DNA from: Octopus sinensis
Taxonomy: Eukaryota
Assembly (NCBI RefSeq): GCF_006345805.1
Contig: NC_043004.1
Span: 89,714,001 to 89,778,000, forward strand
Length of the DNA stretch: 64,000 nucleotides
Reading direction: 5' to 3'
Part shown: positions 63,700 to 64,000 of the stretch, in pieces
Position numbering within the stretch: position 1 is the stretch's first letter
How the letters are laid out: each line of letters begins with the position of its first letter
Notes under the pieces: generated by a model
Told to the model about the DNA's origin: nothing
Seen by the model: the letters and a program-made list of their open reading frames with translations, nothing else
Databases searched by the model: none
Position numbers and translations under genes: made by a program

Positions 63700-64000
63700 G
63701 AATTTCATTATGAAGTGTCCTAGCTACATCATCATGTCTCATCGGTAGATAATACCGTGATTACGTTTCCAGACAACTGCTTATGATGCGGATGATATCT
63801 TCGTTCACAAAGTCTGCATCGGTTGTCATATTTTACGGCTTTTTCTGCATCTCTATCCCTTTTGTGCATCAGGTATTTGGTTATTTCCTGTTCCTGGATT
63901 GCAAACGTATATACTTCAAAGTGGGAGGTAGTAATCCGGCTATTGGTCATTGATAGACTGTTTTGATTATCAATGTTACTATCATCTCGGAGCTTTCTAC
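63700..64000 (-). mobile_element. R4/Dong-type LINE fragment
   Basis: HFEVYTFAIQEQEITKYL...DNRCRLC (start of the CCHC region). Confidence 0.7.

Overview
AT-rich, microsatellite-saturated animal genomic DNA. The SINE families, the (TA)n/(TACA)n load and the gene's sequence point to an octopod cephalopod (inference from the repeat repertoire). Only one intact protein-coding gene is supported: an intronless Frizzled-5/8 Wnt receptor at 5831-7576 (+). It sits in an island of about 8 kb that lacks young SINEs. The rest is transposon debris: RTE, R4/Dong, CR1-like and Penelope retroelements, mariner, hAT, Helitron and MITE remnants, four tRNA-headed SINE families, and a 100-N gap (27260-27359). Almost all other ORFs in the track are microsatellite or TE artefacts. 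The main hidden signal is 15 hand-folded type I hammerhead-ribozyme-like motifs from about 9 unrelated sequence families, associated with Penelope-type terminal repeats. Seven lie in two families of fixed-boundary ~190-200 bp elements in or beside (AT)n whose catalytic core is non-canonical in every copy. Other highlights are SINE multimers whose junction suggests reiterative (pseudo rolling-circle) reverse transcription, a 26-bp templated insertion flanked by a 29-bp duplication, a MITE with a telomere-like core, several long fold-backs, and a Fz5/8 C-terminal PDZ motif changed to D-H-V. All RNA folds and alignments were done by eye; no database search or folding program was run.
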